Under the pieces are notes generated by a model. It made no database searches, was not told where the DNA came from, and saw only the letters and a program-made list of their open reading frames with translations. The position numbers and the translations under genes are program-made. Positions 37,373 to 52,600 of a stretch of 64,000 bases of DNA are shown in pieces; position 1 is the first letter of the stretch; every line of letters begins with the position of its first letter. Source of the DNA: Lingula anatina (Eukaryota > Animalia > Brachiopoda); the NCBI GenBank assembly GCA_051362555.1, contig CM120643.1, positions 25,486,848 through 25,550,847 of the forward strand, read 5' to 3'.

Positions 37373-39114
37373 CTTGCTTCTGATGGAAGCACATTTATGT
37401 CATTAAGAAGTTTTAAATAATCAAAACACACAGAAGAGGCTATGGCTTTAATGTGTTTGGACCAAAATTACTGGTTTTTGAGCGCGTCATCTTTATTCCA
37501 CCAAAGGCTATATGAAATTGGCACAGACTGTTTTTCTCCGTGCAAAATGATTATGACATTTATTATTCATTTACGCGGAAGCAGTTGTTAATAAAGTATT
37601 TAAGTATTTGGTAGTCAGCTGGGCAATTCTTTTGGCGTTGCTAAAGAGGCTATATAAACATCATTCACCGACAAAAGATTACTATACACATGTAAACTTA
37701 TCCATGATTGCATATGAAAAAAATGTGTATATGTCAAATAGCTTTCTACCAATAATGCTTCACAGTCCTCAGAGCTCCTCCTATGGGGACAGAGGAAACT
37801 TCTTCACTAGATATTCCAAGACATTCCCCTTGCTTTTCACCGGCCCGGTACCCGTGCCCGGTACAGAAGGATTTTTGCACAAAAAAGTACTTATCCACCC
37901 AGTCGGCCTCTATTGGAGAGTAAGCTATATACAGCCTAGTAGAGTTTACTCAGGCACGTCTTGGGTTAGACAAGGTACAATTAATTAACAGAGGGGCAAT
38001 TTAAATGGGTGTCTTAACGTTTGATACGTGATGTAATGGATCCGATTGATATATATTTATCATTTAAGCACAATTTGAGGTGACACAATTGCAATTTGGA
38101 ACAAAGGTGGCAAAATGTCATTACACAATGTCATTACTAAAGCAAATTAAAATGTCTTTATATACATGAACACAACGTTGATATTTTCCTCACAATGCCT
38201 TTACAACTAAGGTTACTTTTTCGTAAATAAATGCAGTGGAGCATTTACTTTAATCAAGGGTGATAGGTTTGAGAGGTCATACCCTAGGGTCGTATTATAT
38301 TTCGTTTTATTTTTACGTCATCAGAAAACTGAGCTGCGAATATTCGATCACTTATATCGAGTTAGTGAGCGTAGTCAAACTGATTGCTGAAGACATTTTA
38401 TTGGCCGTGTAAGCGAAGCTTTCAGTGTTGATGCGGGAAGGTGCAAATCATGGGTCTACAGTTTATGTTATATGTAGCCATTTACCTCAAATGAATAAAA
38501 ATAATGAAGAATAACGGTGTTGGTTTGTTAAGTGTTATTCAAATCTTTTGCAGGACACACAGATGTCGGGGCATTGGACAATTTAGTTTATTATTTCTTC
38601 ATTAAATTGTGACGGAAATCATATTTCAAAATTAGATAATAAACTTATTGGATTAAGGCACATTAAATAGATTATCTATATTGGTGATTTGTTATTCCTC
38701 AAGAAAACACGCTTGAAATCACGATTTGACATCAGTAACACTTCTCTTAAACATTATTGAGCATTATTTGAAACATGTAGACCCTATAGGAGGGCAAACA
38801 AAACGCACCTTCGCGCATTTAAGAAAACATAAGTTGTGTTAACATTGAAGATATAGGTCGACATTTCTCTGTCAGCCATCTGAGTGAACTACGCAGCAAG
38901 TGTGATAGGTCTGTGCTGTAAAGTTTGTACCCTTCCATTACACATGGCGGCAGACAGCACGACAGGGAGGTTACAGTTGTTGCCCATGCAAAGACTGCTC
39001 GAACAGAATGTCGAGCCGAGAAGTGTAGATTTATCTTTAAAACGCGATGTTTGGTGTCTTCAAATGAAAAAAAAAAAAACTGATCCTTTGCTATTCAGAC
39101 AAACAATTATGCTA

Positions 39115-39243
39115 CCCTCTACCAGGGCCGCAGATTAAGTATATGCACTTTTCTCCAACCCAATGCAGTAAATGGCGATCAGTTAACCAGAGACATATCT
39201 GTGAATATCTAGCGAAAAATCAATATGTGGCCCTGGTAGAGGG
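39115..39243. mobile_element. 129-bp MITE with 22-bp TIR and TA flanks
   Basis: TA-CCCTCTACCAGGGCCGCAGATT ... AATATGTGGCCCTGGTAGAGGG-TA. Confidence 0.8.
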
Positions 39244-40661
39244 TACGAATAAGTGTTATTTCTGACATCCTCCCCAGTTTCCTGATCTCAATACAAAAAA
39301 AAAAAAAAAAAAAAAAAAAACTATGCGCTGCCAAGCTTTCAGAGAGGGGATTCGAATTCGAAACCTTAATACTGTCGCTGCGGAAGTATCGTCTGCACCT
39401 TGAAATATCACGTATGCCATTGCAAGTCTAATCAAGCATTGCTGAGATAAGCTCCAAAGTGGACCCAAGTGGGTTAGATCATGATTCCAGATATGATAAA
39501 AAAAGATCGCTGTTGGGCGTATCTGGTTTGACTTCAATATCTTGTGCTTGATAGATATGTAAAAGAAACTAAGTTTGTGTTTGATGTAAAGACGATGTCT
39601 TATTTTGACACCGAAACTTCAAAGCTTTGTTCAAGCATGCCCTGTTCACGTTAAAAAATGTCACAGGGGAGTGGGTGAGGGGGTTTACTTCACTTGCTCA
39701 AAACATCACCAGGTTTCCAAACTCCAAGGGTGACGGCGTTACGTATACCGATCTGAATATTACGATATTTTCCATGCGGGATAACGGAGAAAATGCATGA
39801 ATTGATAATACTTTAAGCTATCATCACCATTGGAAAAATGCTGAGAAAGTGAGAACGTGACAAATTTTCTGAAAAAAAAGATGGAAAGTTGAGGATGCGT
39901 TCAGATGGCAGGGCTCCGTGTTGAACAACAAACCTGTAGTCAGCCGTTTCAAGGGGGTAGGAGGTGGGTGCTGAAGTAAGACTTTCTTTCGGAGATTCCA
40001 AGTCGAATAAGAGAAATATTTTCAAAGAGTAAAGATGAATTTAGTTTTATCTAATTTAATTTTCCAAAACGATTCTGGTCTCCGCCTTTATCTTCATCTC
40101 ATATATTCAACAGAATAAAATGTTAGTTTCATAATAATACTTTTATGACATTTTTTGTAAATATACAATAATTTTAAATTTTGCAAATCTACAGTTCTTC
40201 AGTGTTTCTTCTGTTTTCGTGACAGCTGTCATTAAATGTAGGGTTCAGTAATGTACATGTCGAGCACAGGGATAGAAACCATGTTTGGTTTTGTCTGCTT
40301 TAGAGAAAGAGAAAAGAAAGAGAACGAATTATGACCCTGGGGGCCCCGAAGAGGAGCCCTGCCCTGAATGAAGATCTCCAGTGCGTCTCTCCCCCCCTCC
40401 CCCTCCCCCTCCCCCCTCCCCGCATAAAATAATCTAGCTTTTGAGTGTCAGAAGACTCGTTTTTGTAAAACGATACAAGTTTCAAGTTGCCATTTTTTGA
40501 GGAAAAACGGCACTAGTTTCTGGTTGCCAGAATCGTTTCTGAAAAGCGAAACTGGAAACACTTATTTAGATGGGGTGGGCCAGAAAGCGGACCTTTTTAC
40601 CCCTTAATTAACCAAACCTGAAGGACTTAAGACTTTTTTGCTTTTTATAATCCGTTATCAT

Positions 40662-40708
40662 TATTTATTTATTTGTTTGTTTGTTTGTTTGTTTGTTTGT
40701 TTGTTTGT

Positions 40709-40759
<51 letters not shown>

Positions 40760-40762
40760 TTT
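40662..40762. repeat. (TTTG)n/(TTTA)n compound repeat
   Basis: Direct reading. Confidence 0.9.
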
Positions 40763-42389
40763 GTTCATGATTTTTTATTCACAGAATAGAGCATAGTCCA
40801 TTTGTTGTAAAGAGAAGGAAATGATCAGGACACTCACACATATCTTCATTGGTGTATGTTGGTACAGTACGTCTGTAATACGAGTTTCGTTATCCAATAC
40901 TTCGAGTGAATTTGACATTTGTTACCAAGAGAAAACTATTAAAAGCAAGATGAAAATCCTTTTTTTTTTCTTTTATGCCAACAATTCGCTCCTAATGTCT
41001 AAAAGATAAATATTAATTCCGGGATTGAATAAACTAAGGTGACCATTACTTCTACTCAAAACATCTTTTTGAGAAAAAAGAAGGAAAAAGGAGATAGAGA
41101 TATTTGACATAGAAGCCTTAATATTGGTTACGATCTTTAGGCGCGCTACCCGGCTGCCACAGGTCTATCTAAAACCGTTTATCTGATCAATAGCTTCATC
41201 AACCAGAAGATTACTCGGACAGAATGGCATTACTAAGTGGCCTTGTGGGGAGCAAATTGCCTTCTCTCGCCAATAACCTTTCATGTGGTATTTCCATTTT
41301 CTACTACACCATTGACTTAAATAGATTTAGCTTCACTCCGGTTGCATTATTGTCTGTAGTCTTTCAGTGATGAACTGAAGGCCCAGGCGTGTAAAGTACA
41401 AGAAAATGCATAACACAAACGCTACTCCTGGGTCATTTGAAATAACTAGTTACAACGGTGTATAATTTCAGAATTAACGCTGTGCAGTAAGGATATATTT
41501 GCAATTTAAAAGACTGATAAATGTGTCAACATAGAATTGAACAAAAGGTCATTTTCCTCCCTTTTCCCATCCGCCGTCAGAGGGGTTTAATTTCGATTTA
41601 ATGGATGTTGTGGAACACTGATCCTAAATTAAACGACTGAGATCTTATTCGTGTCCTAGCTAGGCTCACATTTATCTGACCAAAAGTAGACTTTTGTGGA
41701 TTTCGTTGGGCTTTTGGATTACAGAGGGCGGGGCCTTGAAATTAACACTAACATCACGTTTTCCCGTCTAATCGCAACTCAAGTGCAAAAAATGTAAAAA
41801 ATCGCATTATGCACATTTCGAACATTAATTGTATTGGTTTTAAGCTCGCTAATAAATCAAAACTTTTATTTTATTTATTATAATTTTTTGGGGGGTATCA
41901 TTATTATATTTTTTATTTTAGAAAAATGGTCTTACTTAATGTATCTTTGTAATTGAATGTTTTGAGGCACAAAAAATGGACATCAAATTTCAGTTTTGGA
42001 AGCAGATCCACCTAGACCTATAAAAACGTCTGTTTTTACTTTTATGTTTCTTTCTATTGAATTCATTGATTCATCCATTGATTTTCTACTCATCTTTTTA
42101 TCCTTGTAGAAATGCAGACATATTTTAAGCCCCTGACTCAACGAACAACATCCACCCTTTGAAAGGGATACCGGATACCAGTTTGATATCCTCCTTTAAA
42201 AATAATTGAGCTTGGAACTAAACGTTTTGGGTTAAGCTTCCTAGACCATATGACCGTTGACCATCTACAATTTTTTTTCTCTTGGCAAAATTAAGTGAAA
42301 AAAACGAGCCCATTTTACAGGATGTCAGTTACATTTGTCCGTAACCATTTGCGTTTTATATTCCGGACCAACAGGACATCTCTTGAATG

Positions 42390-42513
42390 AATAAATAAAT
42401 AAATAAATAAATAATATAATATAATATAATATAATATAATATAATATAATATAATATAATATAATATAATATAATATAATATAATATAATATAATATAAT
42501 ATAATATAATATA
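42390..42513. repeat. (AAAT)n(ATATA)n repeat
   Basis: Direct reading. Confidence 0.9.
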
Positions 42514-45488
42514 AATAGAATTATAATAATAATAATAAAAATAATAATTAGATAAATAAATTCTACCCCCAACTTCTTTTAAATGCACATTACCAAAGGT
42601 CTAATAACTGATATTCTGCCTCAATTACAATTTGCTTTTCCCTGCAGTAAGCGTGCAATAGCGGAATCAATCAGTACTGTATGAAATAAAATCGGTAATT
42701 TCCCATCGGGACTCATCTAACCGTGCCCTGCACGGGCCTGTAGCCCCCGGCACTTGCCAATTAGAGATCATTATCAATCCATCAAAAAGAAAATCGGTGC
42801 GAAGAATTCTCGACCGGAGAGCACTCATTTGAACTGATATGTCCGAAGACACCGGCGCACACTTTGAGATAGCCCTACGGTTTTACTGATATTTTTATTT
42901 CCATGAAATGTAACGTTTGGCTTGTGTAGATTAACTTAAGTTTAATATACGTCGCTTCAGGGCAGTCATGAACCGAAAGTGATACCTGGTTCGTTCTGAG
43001 AATATCTCCCATCGTAAACTTTGATTGTTCTAGCTCAGCACACATCTCAGCGTGTGATTTGGGCCACAGTAGTTCATTTACTGGAAATGGACAAATTTGA
43101 AACAACCTTATTTTTGGTTTGACTCGAAAATATTGCCTGAAAGCGTTTATTCAAACCTTCCTTCTGTTTAAGCTAGGTTTCAGAAAATATAGGCAGAAAA
43201 CGTTAGTTTAAAAGCTTTCTTCCCGGGTTTAAAAAACTGATAAGTTCTTCCAAAGAGCATTACCCTGTCCGCTACCTCACGAGTGTATAAAAGCACCTAT
43301 TAAGTACATATAATCTAGTTTCCAGACACAGACAGTCATGAATTCTTGAAGACTTTAAAGTAAAAATGAATGTTTTTCAGATAACCTGAGAGAGATGTCA
43401 AGCAGTACCAGTTCAAACATGTAACACGTGTTAGAATATCTCATGTTTATCTATAAATAACCTAATTAAGTTCTTGTTTCTTAAAACTGCACTAGGGGTT
43501 TCATCGGGTGAATAGGTGAGTAAGGAAATCCACCACATCCTGTGTGTTACCTCTTCTGGCATTTTGATTTTGAGGCTTCTTGATGCATGTGGTCACACAA
43601 AAATATTCCAAAAATCTAAGGTATGTCTATAAACAGGTTCGGAGGTATACTAAAAACCTTCCTAAAATCTTTCTTGAAGACTTGAAAACTTCATGATCGC
43701 ACAAATAGTATAGTATGGGTGGGGTCATATCGGCCGTCCCGTTATTTTGCCATTTGCCATCTCTGCATGATTACAGATAAACATATGGCGCCATAACGTA
43801 TTTGTATGAATAGGCTACAGTTTTCGGTGCCGAGTCCAAAAAGTCGTTCATTCAAAGTTTGTTTCATACCACGCAGGTATGCAAGTTTATTTACGGGGGT
43901 GGGAAAATAAATATGAGTTTCATTTAAAAAATCTCTAGGCATTAGCTGCTTTAACGTTTACATAAAAACTGGTAATAACTTAAAACTTTACTTATTTTTG
44001 AGTAGTAGGAGATCCGTTTGTTCTCCAAACTGACCCTACCTCCACCCCAACCCAACCCCAGATCCAGATTTGTGTATAATGATAATTACAGTTTTTTTTA
44101 TTTCATTTGCTTGATAAAAGCGGTTTGTATTTTATCAGACGCGTTATCCACTTGCGTTTCAGGGACGTTTTTGGGTGAGGTCCGGTATCTGTTACCGAAA
44201 ACCGAAAATTCCACGGAAAATGACCATCTTTCATCAGAGTAATGAAAGAATCTGCGAGTCGTTTTCCTTGCACGTTTCCTGCCAAGTTCTTTTTTCCTGT
44301 GACTGGTTTGCTCCCTTGTACAAGGAATTTTCTAAAATGCTTCTGGTCGTCCTTTGATGTGCGAGTGCTTCTATTCAATAGTGGGCAGTGTTCACAGCAA
44401 GGGATCTTGTAGGAAAACGTGCTGTTCATGGTAAATCGCCCATGTTCTTTTTGAAAAATGATTTTTGACTTGTTCAAGTTGTACACTTTAGGGGAGAAAG
44501 GCACAAAGGTAAAAGCGATACTCTTGAAAGGCTATTTTGTAGTGCCTTTACTTCTGCTTTATACTTTACGCTTCACAAAACATGCTGCTTCTATTCCGAA
44601 CTAATTTTAGATAAGGAGAAATGTATTTTTTCTCTTTGTTGTCTCTTTCATGGGCAGCGTAGAGACAAAAATAGGGAGAGTGTATTGCGGAATGACCTTT
44701 TACTTTGCCCGTTTGAAGAAATGATATATATATAGAAATGATATAAAAGCAAACATGTTCATTTGTTAACACGTGTTGCATCGACTTATGTCATCATTAT
44801 AGACAACATTTTGTAATTGAATCTCCACTTGTATGATCATATGATAGCTTTCGTTTTTCACTTTTTCAATGAAGTCAGATACACCGTATTTTTCACGCAA
44901 GATTATCTTCAGTGAGCTTTCATGTTGCAATCCCCTTTAATGCACACAAATGTGAATGGACTCGATTTTTCTGCTCTGCTGTATGGAAAATTACGCCACG
45001 GAGGTCTTTTCAGAGAAACTCAATAAAATGAATACTGAATCAATGACCAACAAGAGACCACCAATTAGTGGCCAAACCGTTTTTTTTAGAACCTTTCTTT
45101 TTAAGCGATAAAGTAACAGAATAATCAATCGTACTGATGGCGTTCTGCACCAGTTGCCGTTATTTTCCAGTGATTAATGCCTTTCATAAGAATACTCAAA
45201 TTTCCTTTTTAAAGACAGACGGTTGATTCCGAATAAGTTTAGCCGCTTGTGATAAATGTGTCTTAATGAACGTGGAAGACGCGGGGTGTTTGTTAATAAC
45301 TGATGTGTGGATAACATTGAATGTCTTTTGTGTTTTAGAATTTGATAATGGTTATTTCTGGCTCATTCCACAAAAAAAAAAATGGACATTCTGGGTCATG
45401 TTAGTGACACATACACTTTGTGTAATATCTCCAGTTCCTTTTAATTTATTGTTTGTTTCTCTCCACATTGGAGGGTAGTTAAGTATAA

Positions 45489-45535
<47 letters not shown>

Positions 45536-48500
45536 GGAGTGAGTCAAAGTTATGAAAACATTACACAAAATGTGTTGCGTCACTAGCATGCCTAAAATGT
45601 TCACTATTTCGTGGAATTCCTCTTCTCGTTTTCTTCTCTCTGTGGTTCAAAATGTTCTGTTTCTTTCTTCTAAGATAATACCATGGCAATATAGTTTTAT
45701 TGTATGACAAGAGTTGCGTGACCCACTTTCCTAAACGAATTACCAGTCGCTGTCTTTTGGTCGCTGACGCTGATGGTGCGCACGTCAGCTGGAGTCTAGG
45801 AAGAAAAAAAAAGGTTTTGTCCTTTTTTCATTATGGAACAAAGAAAAAAAGCAATAAGTGTCAAACTAAGATTAATGTGTCCAATTGTCATGGACATAAC
45901 GACCATGCTGGCGTTATCTCTGCATGCACAGGTAACTTCTCTCTACCAGACGTCTTCTGGCTGTTAGAAAATGTGCGGTATTTTGTAATAGATAGAAAGC
46001 CTCTGGTAGAGCTCGAGTAACTGGTAACCGGACAAAACAATGATTCACATGAACGTTTTTAAAAAATCAAATGACCGCTTCTTAACAAAAGAACCTGCAT
46101 TGTTGGTTATAATGTATATATATAGATGCCGTCAGTGTATGGAAATAGTGGTTTGGAAGTGCCACCGCCCTGAATCCAATGAATTGTAGTCAACATCTGG
46201 ATTCTTTTCGTCTCTTTATTAGAATGCGTTTTGTCCATTTTAAACCTTTTTTGTTATTCTTTTCTTCCAGATCGAGTAGTGATGGTCGGTGTCACCTTTG
46301 CTCCTAAAGAATGAAAGTTGTATAAGATGAGTGAATAAATTTTGAAATTATACAACAATGAAGAATGTGAAGAATGGGAGAATAAAAGATATAATGAATA
46401 AAAAACTGGGTAGAGTGATGTTGTCAGAATTGAAGTTTGTTAAGTGTGCTAAGTACTTAATCAGGATTTATTTTAATCAAAAACACAGCGAAGTTGGGAA
46501 ACGCTCAGACGACAGAATTCTGAAAGCCGCTGGGAGGACGAGAGCAACTCGCCAAAATATGGACATGCCAAGTTCAATGAACAAATTGTGATTTTTTTTT
46601 AAAGATGGACCCTAGAGAAAGGAAAGTAAATTAATTTCGAATTCCAGCAAAATGTGATTGCCCTATGAATTAAATATTCCCTATTTAAGTGATAATTACT
46701 GATGTGAAATATGGAAGCTGTCATACATGTACGACCTAGAGTGGCATAATAAAATTTACCCATTATAAACATACACGATGATGGATCACGCCACTAAAAA
46801 TCTACTGATGCTAATATATAGCTCTCAAAATTAATTCTAGACGGATTAAGTTCAAAATATAATCTAATATAAAGACATTACTATCTGAACATTCAATTGT
46901 TTATGATTCATTTTCTATGATACATGTAGCTGGTTTCGACAGCATATAAGAAAATTCAATTGACTCTTCCTGTAGAAGTATTATTTTCCAAATTTCGTGC
47001 GCGAAGAAAGATCATTATTAGTGTGTGGGTATTATTTTTAGAGCAATTTAATTAATTTCTTTTTTCCCGTCCAAAACGACGTTAACATGCCAGATCTGGT
47101 GCGTCTGCCGGGAGGGGGGCGGTTACACGAGGTCTAAAGTTCATGACACCATTGAGATCTCAGCATGGGGTTATACAATCAACTGTGGACTAAATGATAG
47201 TCTGGTTAGCGTTAAAAGTTTATTAACACTGCTTCCACACACATAACAGCAAGAGTACAGCTCTTGTGGACCCTTTTTATTATGATTCTTTACTTTTGGC
47301 ATTCTCAATTGTGGTTTTTTTGACCTGACGCCAAGCATAGCCTGAGGCTTAATGTAAAAAGTGTATAGCCATCAAAAATAAAAGAGACAATACCATGTAG
47401 CAGTATAATGTGGAATTACGTTTAATTACGGTTGATAATATTTGAGTTATGTGATTCGGTACGTGTTTTCCCTGTGCTTGTCATCTATTCAATGTCACCT
47501 TCATCAAAATCTCTGTTGCCTCTGATCAGTTTAAAGATACCAACATGACCTAGAGAATGTGTCAACTCTCGCTGTTACTCGTATACTACACAATAATTCT
47601 TCATTGATACCCGTCGTCCCCAAGTGTTACTGTTTTACAAATAATATGTCCAACCGAAAAAGTACAAAGTTTGAGTAAAACAAAGATGACCACCGTCCAG
47701 TACAGAACAAGTAAAGGGCTGGCGAAGAGAGTGTAACAGGTGTTTTAATGTTATATTAGCAGTAAAAGTCCTTTCCCTTCCTGGTACCAATATTATGGCT
47801 GCAATAATGTGATCACTTTAAGACAAAATGACGCCAGATATTTATACAGCAAAATTTCAATTTCCCTAATTTTTTACACGTTCCTCTTCATTACCATACT
47901 ACACCATATCCAAAACCGCTCACAGAATCACAATCCATAAACCAGATTGGAAGTTGCACATTATAAGTTTTGGGGTCACATTGGTAAAGGAAATGTACAG
48001 TAGACTGCAAAATTCATTAGAAATTTAGAATTCGAAATCCTGTTAAAAGATTGTGACTTTTCGACGCTTTAGGGTAGGGTAGACCTCCTCGTGGGGGAAA
48101 TTGATGAAATAAAAAAATGCTCTTGCTATAAAAAGGTCTCGCGCTTTAAAGTGCAGGCATTCTACCAGGAAGTCTTTAATGACGATTTATCTTCGTTACT
48201 CAAGCAAAATAATGATGTCAATCTTCAGTGCTTGCAGGTTGATGTTTGATACGTTTTTTAAAATATTCTTAAAAGAATAACAGAAGTAATACCTTTTCTT
48301 AAATTTATATTTATCATTATTAGATTTTAAAACTTTTTATTACATGAATCAGGAATATCTGTATAACATTGATGGCATCAGGCATCAAAATCACTATCAT
48401 GGCCGGATATTGCTTTGGATTGTCCTTAAAACGCCTACAAAAGTACAAAAGCTGACGCGATCTTCTGTTTCTTTATCATTGCAAGGCAATTTTGCACTTT

Positions 48501-49362
48501 GATTGATCGTTTGTATAAGTCAATTTCTTACATTGCGTTATCTTATCAGATTGCTGTATATTTTTAACTTAATAAAGTCGTCTTTCTTAAGGGAATACAG
48601 CAGAATAAATGAAGTACCAGATGTCCGCCATATATCACTTCAGTGTGTGGGAATGAAATCTTTCTTGTTATCTCTTCGTCTTGAATCCATCTGCAAAAAT
48701 GTCACTTTTTGTGCCTACGGCAGAGGTTGATATCTTCCTGAGAAGAATTAGATTGGCAGTGAACAGACAACTTTAATGACCCAAACTCAGACGGCGGATG
48801 AAATTTAATTTTGACAGTAAATGAATAATGAATAAAGGGAAACTAATTGAAGTAAATTTGTGACTTACTAACATCCTGATAACAAAAAATATTTTGTTGG
48901 TTTTTTTTCTTGTAGAGCAATAACGCCATTTGCAGTCACTGAATTTGTACTGTTTAAAATCTGTGTGAATAGGTCTAAGCCGTTAAATCTTGCTGTGCAC
49001 TATAGCTAACACCTGAGACCCGTTATAATGGCTCTGAGTTTGAAGTATTGAAAGTTGATTGTATTTGATTTGTGCAGACAATGGCCTGCTGAAAAATTAA
49101 AAAAGGAGAGCCTGTAGGCTGGAAAAGACTAGTGAAAGGAGACGTATAAAATGCTCACAAAAGTGTATGTTCATGATGCAGTTTTGCTTAATCAATTTGA
49201 AGTCTGTGAGTGAACCTTAATTATTCATGAGAGAGAGAGAGAGCTATTCTATTCACACAGTGTAGTAAATGATCTTTTCTTTTCCATTTTCGTAACGTGT
49301 TTTCACTGTTACTGAAACAATGGAATATTCCAGCAGAATGTTACATCTGTGGTTTCAATAGA

Positions 49363-49655
49363 CAGGGGCGGATCCAGGATTATTAGAAGGGGAAGTCCAG
49401 AACGCCAAGCCTCGGATGCGAAGCTGACCATCGCCCCCTTGGCGTGGGGTTCGGGGCCTGCTCAAGGGCCCTGACATTTTTTGGGTGTTTTGGAGGGCAA
49501 ACGGTGATCTTTGGTACAGTCTAAATTACGATTCAGCTAGTCAATATTCTAATTTCAAGAGTGAAATATTGGTGTGATATATATTTTTCAGAAACCGAAG
49601 GGGGGTTCAGGGGGTTCAGGACCCCCCTGACCCCCCTCCTCTAAATCTATCAGTG
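49363..49655. mobile_element. MITE with CAGGGGCGGATCCAGG terminus (hAT-like ends)
   Basis: Left end caggggcggatccagg, degenerate right end ctaaatctatcagtg, flanks ataga/atgga. Confidence 0.65.
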
Positions 49656-52600
49656 ATGGATTTAGAGGAGGGGGGTCTATATGGGAACGGGATAATTTGG
49701 CAAAAGTTGTTGTAGGCACAGTAGGCTATTCCTTAAAATGCTGTGTGAGTGTGTTTTTATGGTTCTGTTTGAAAATATATGCATGATGAATGGTTTTTCA
49801 GACAGAAGCATAGACTGAGAAAACTGAACTAGATAGAGAAGTTTCATGGAGGAAATTCAAATCAACAAAGATGAAAAACATATTTAACACAGTTTTAACT
49901 TCTTTGCCAAGTGCTTTTGTCAGTTTCATCGACGTTCCATATACCACTGTTGCTTCATCCTTAACTATTCTCAGTTTCTCTATATAATAAGAAACCACCA
50001 ACAGAAAAACCTATTATAGAATAAAATGCTGAATTCAAGTATGGGGATGGTAAAGTAATGGTTTGGGAAATTTTCTCCCCCCCCCCCCCTCCCCAACCCC
50101 CTCAAGTAAAAATTCTATTTGCTGGAAAATCCATATTAGGATACCTTTAATGTGTTACAATGAAGCGGACGCACACGGTGGATTAGCATTATAAGCGTAT
50201 CTGTGTCTCAACACCAACCAGATACGTTTTATTAGAGACATTACACACCTCATTAATTATTCCTATACTCAAAACATCAAACTGTAGATAAGTTGTTCAA
50301 ATGGGATTTAATTTACATGTTAGATTAATATGCCAAAATGCGGGCCTAGCTTACGCGAGACCGATTTGATTAACTCATTTATTTATAAAAGTGACATAAT
50401 GATGGCCATCCATTACGTTTTATTGGATGTATCTATTACATCATGAATCAAACTTTACGCGCTACTTTGATGTTTTGATGGGATATTGGTTCATTTGTCT
50501 ACATAAACTATTTCTCTGTAGAGACCATAGAACGGAGAGAAAACACCCATGAGTCACGTAAAACATCGGAAATATTGGTAGAAGAAATAAGAGATGAATT
50601 GTAGGAGCTATCAGTGATAATTGTTGTCTATAGCAGTTCAGTTTACTCTTTCCTCTCTTGTGTGTTCTGTACATAGTTGTGACGACACTAGTTTCTTCGA
50701 GAGGCCAGTTGGGTAATGACATCATTTCTGTGTAAAAAATTCTCACAGGACAAAAATGTGCACAGAATTAGCTAAAGAAATATCTATAAATATCTGGTAA
50801 AAAATCATCTGTGACCCTGATAGAGGATATAACAGCAACGGCACAGTTTACGGCTTTCAACTTAGCGTGACGTCACATCGATTACGTCAGTCAGCAATCC
50901 TTAAAAGGAGATCTGTCGAGATCTGACTAGATTTTAATCATTTTCGACCGTCAGTGCCATGACAACACTAGCTTAGATTTTTGGCGTTTTTTTAAATGTG
51001 TGTTAAAATCGTGATAAACTATGGATCCACCCAGTTTGAAAAACGTGGGATTGGAAATCCTGTTATTTTAACATTGGCTTCTGTGACCATCTGTTTGATC
51101 GAACTTGTGAGTAGCACTTAGTGGCAAGGTTGTTACTTAGAACTCAGCTGCGAAGACCTTTTCGCAGGTGCAAATTCACAGCCACTTTAAGGGCATCTCA
51201 AAGCAAATGAAGATTTTGTTTTAGATAGTCAATTTTAATTATAGTCCGCCAGATTGAAATGCATTCCATTTCCATCCCTCCTCCTGAATGTTATGCTCGG
51301 TCGACATTTGCGTTTCTTTGTCTCATATAATGCCAATCATGGACCTTTGAATTATTTTATATTGGATTCATAAAGGGTGTTAACAGAGTCAATGTAATGC
51401 TAAAATGGCCTTATAGATGCACTTATATAAGGTCCTCAGTGGTGTCAATTCTTGTTAAATTCCCATCGAAAAGATTCTACATACAAATCCTTCAAAGGCA
51501 TGTTACATTTTTGTAATAAAAGCTTTGAAAGTCGCTTTATATCTGGGAGAGAAACTAAAGACATAGCAACGGAGTGATTGAACGGGTGTTTCCTTCTCGT
51601 TTTTCAAGATAACGATTGAAGGCAGACGGGAACAAAAAGACCACTTTTTAACTAAAAACAAATTTAGCTCGTTTCCCACTGAGATCGTTGTGTTGTTTCA
51701 GCGTCTATTTGAATGTAATTAACTTCCTGCCTCTGGTGAAAAATTTCCTCCAATTGAAAACGCCATTTATTAGGGCTATCCGATTCATTGTTAAGACTTC
51801 TCAAAAAAGATTCGTTTTATAGATATTAATATTTTTACTTATTAATTGATTATCTATTTGATTAAAGTATGCTAGAATTTTTGTCACTTTATTTCCAACA
51901 AAATGGCAGTTAAACTGCAGACAGAAGGGGCGATTTTGCACCACTGCACATGCCTATTGGGTATGCTATATCGAACGATTTCCAAGTAAAGAAAATTTAG
52001 GAATGAAAATCAAGCTTTGGATGAAGATGAGAAAAGACTGGCTGTGATAAATATCGCTTTGCCACCTGGAAAATAAGATGAGAAATGCTGCCCACTCGCA
52101 GGATGCGAATTATTGCCGCTAAATACTGCATAAAAAGATTTTGATAGCGTTTTCAATATTTCACTCCCAGTTGCGTAACGTCAGCTTCACTTATTCCTTC
52201 ATTCAGAACATTAATTGTTGACGCAATTGCCAGATATTTTTTATTACTTTGCTCGTTCCTGTGGGAAATTCTACACGCTCTCTCCTCATTATTAGCCTAC
52301 CTGCGTAGTTTTTTTCTTCTTTTCTTTTTTTCTCTCTATCAATCACAATGATCAATAACATGTCCGTTTTATTTAGGAAAGAAATAAAGAAAAAGGAAGG
52401 AAAAGGCAAGAACAAAGAAAGAAAGCTTCGTATGCCTGAATTACTCAGACCGAAAGTGTAAAATAAATAAGATATATAATAATTTTAACTACCCTTTCAT
52501 TCCCTGCCTTTGCATCTATTAACGTGAACTTTGCAGTGAGTGTCTTCTCTACATGCTTTCCCTTCAAAATTCCCCGTAGTGGGACAGTCTTTTTTTATTA

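Noticed and set aside
36577-37383. Antisense and alternative-frame ORFs over the GPCR (also those over the NHE last exon and the LRR gene)
   Set aside because: Shadow ORFs of GC-richer coding sequence with no recognisable motifs.
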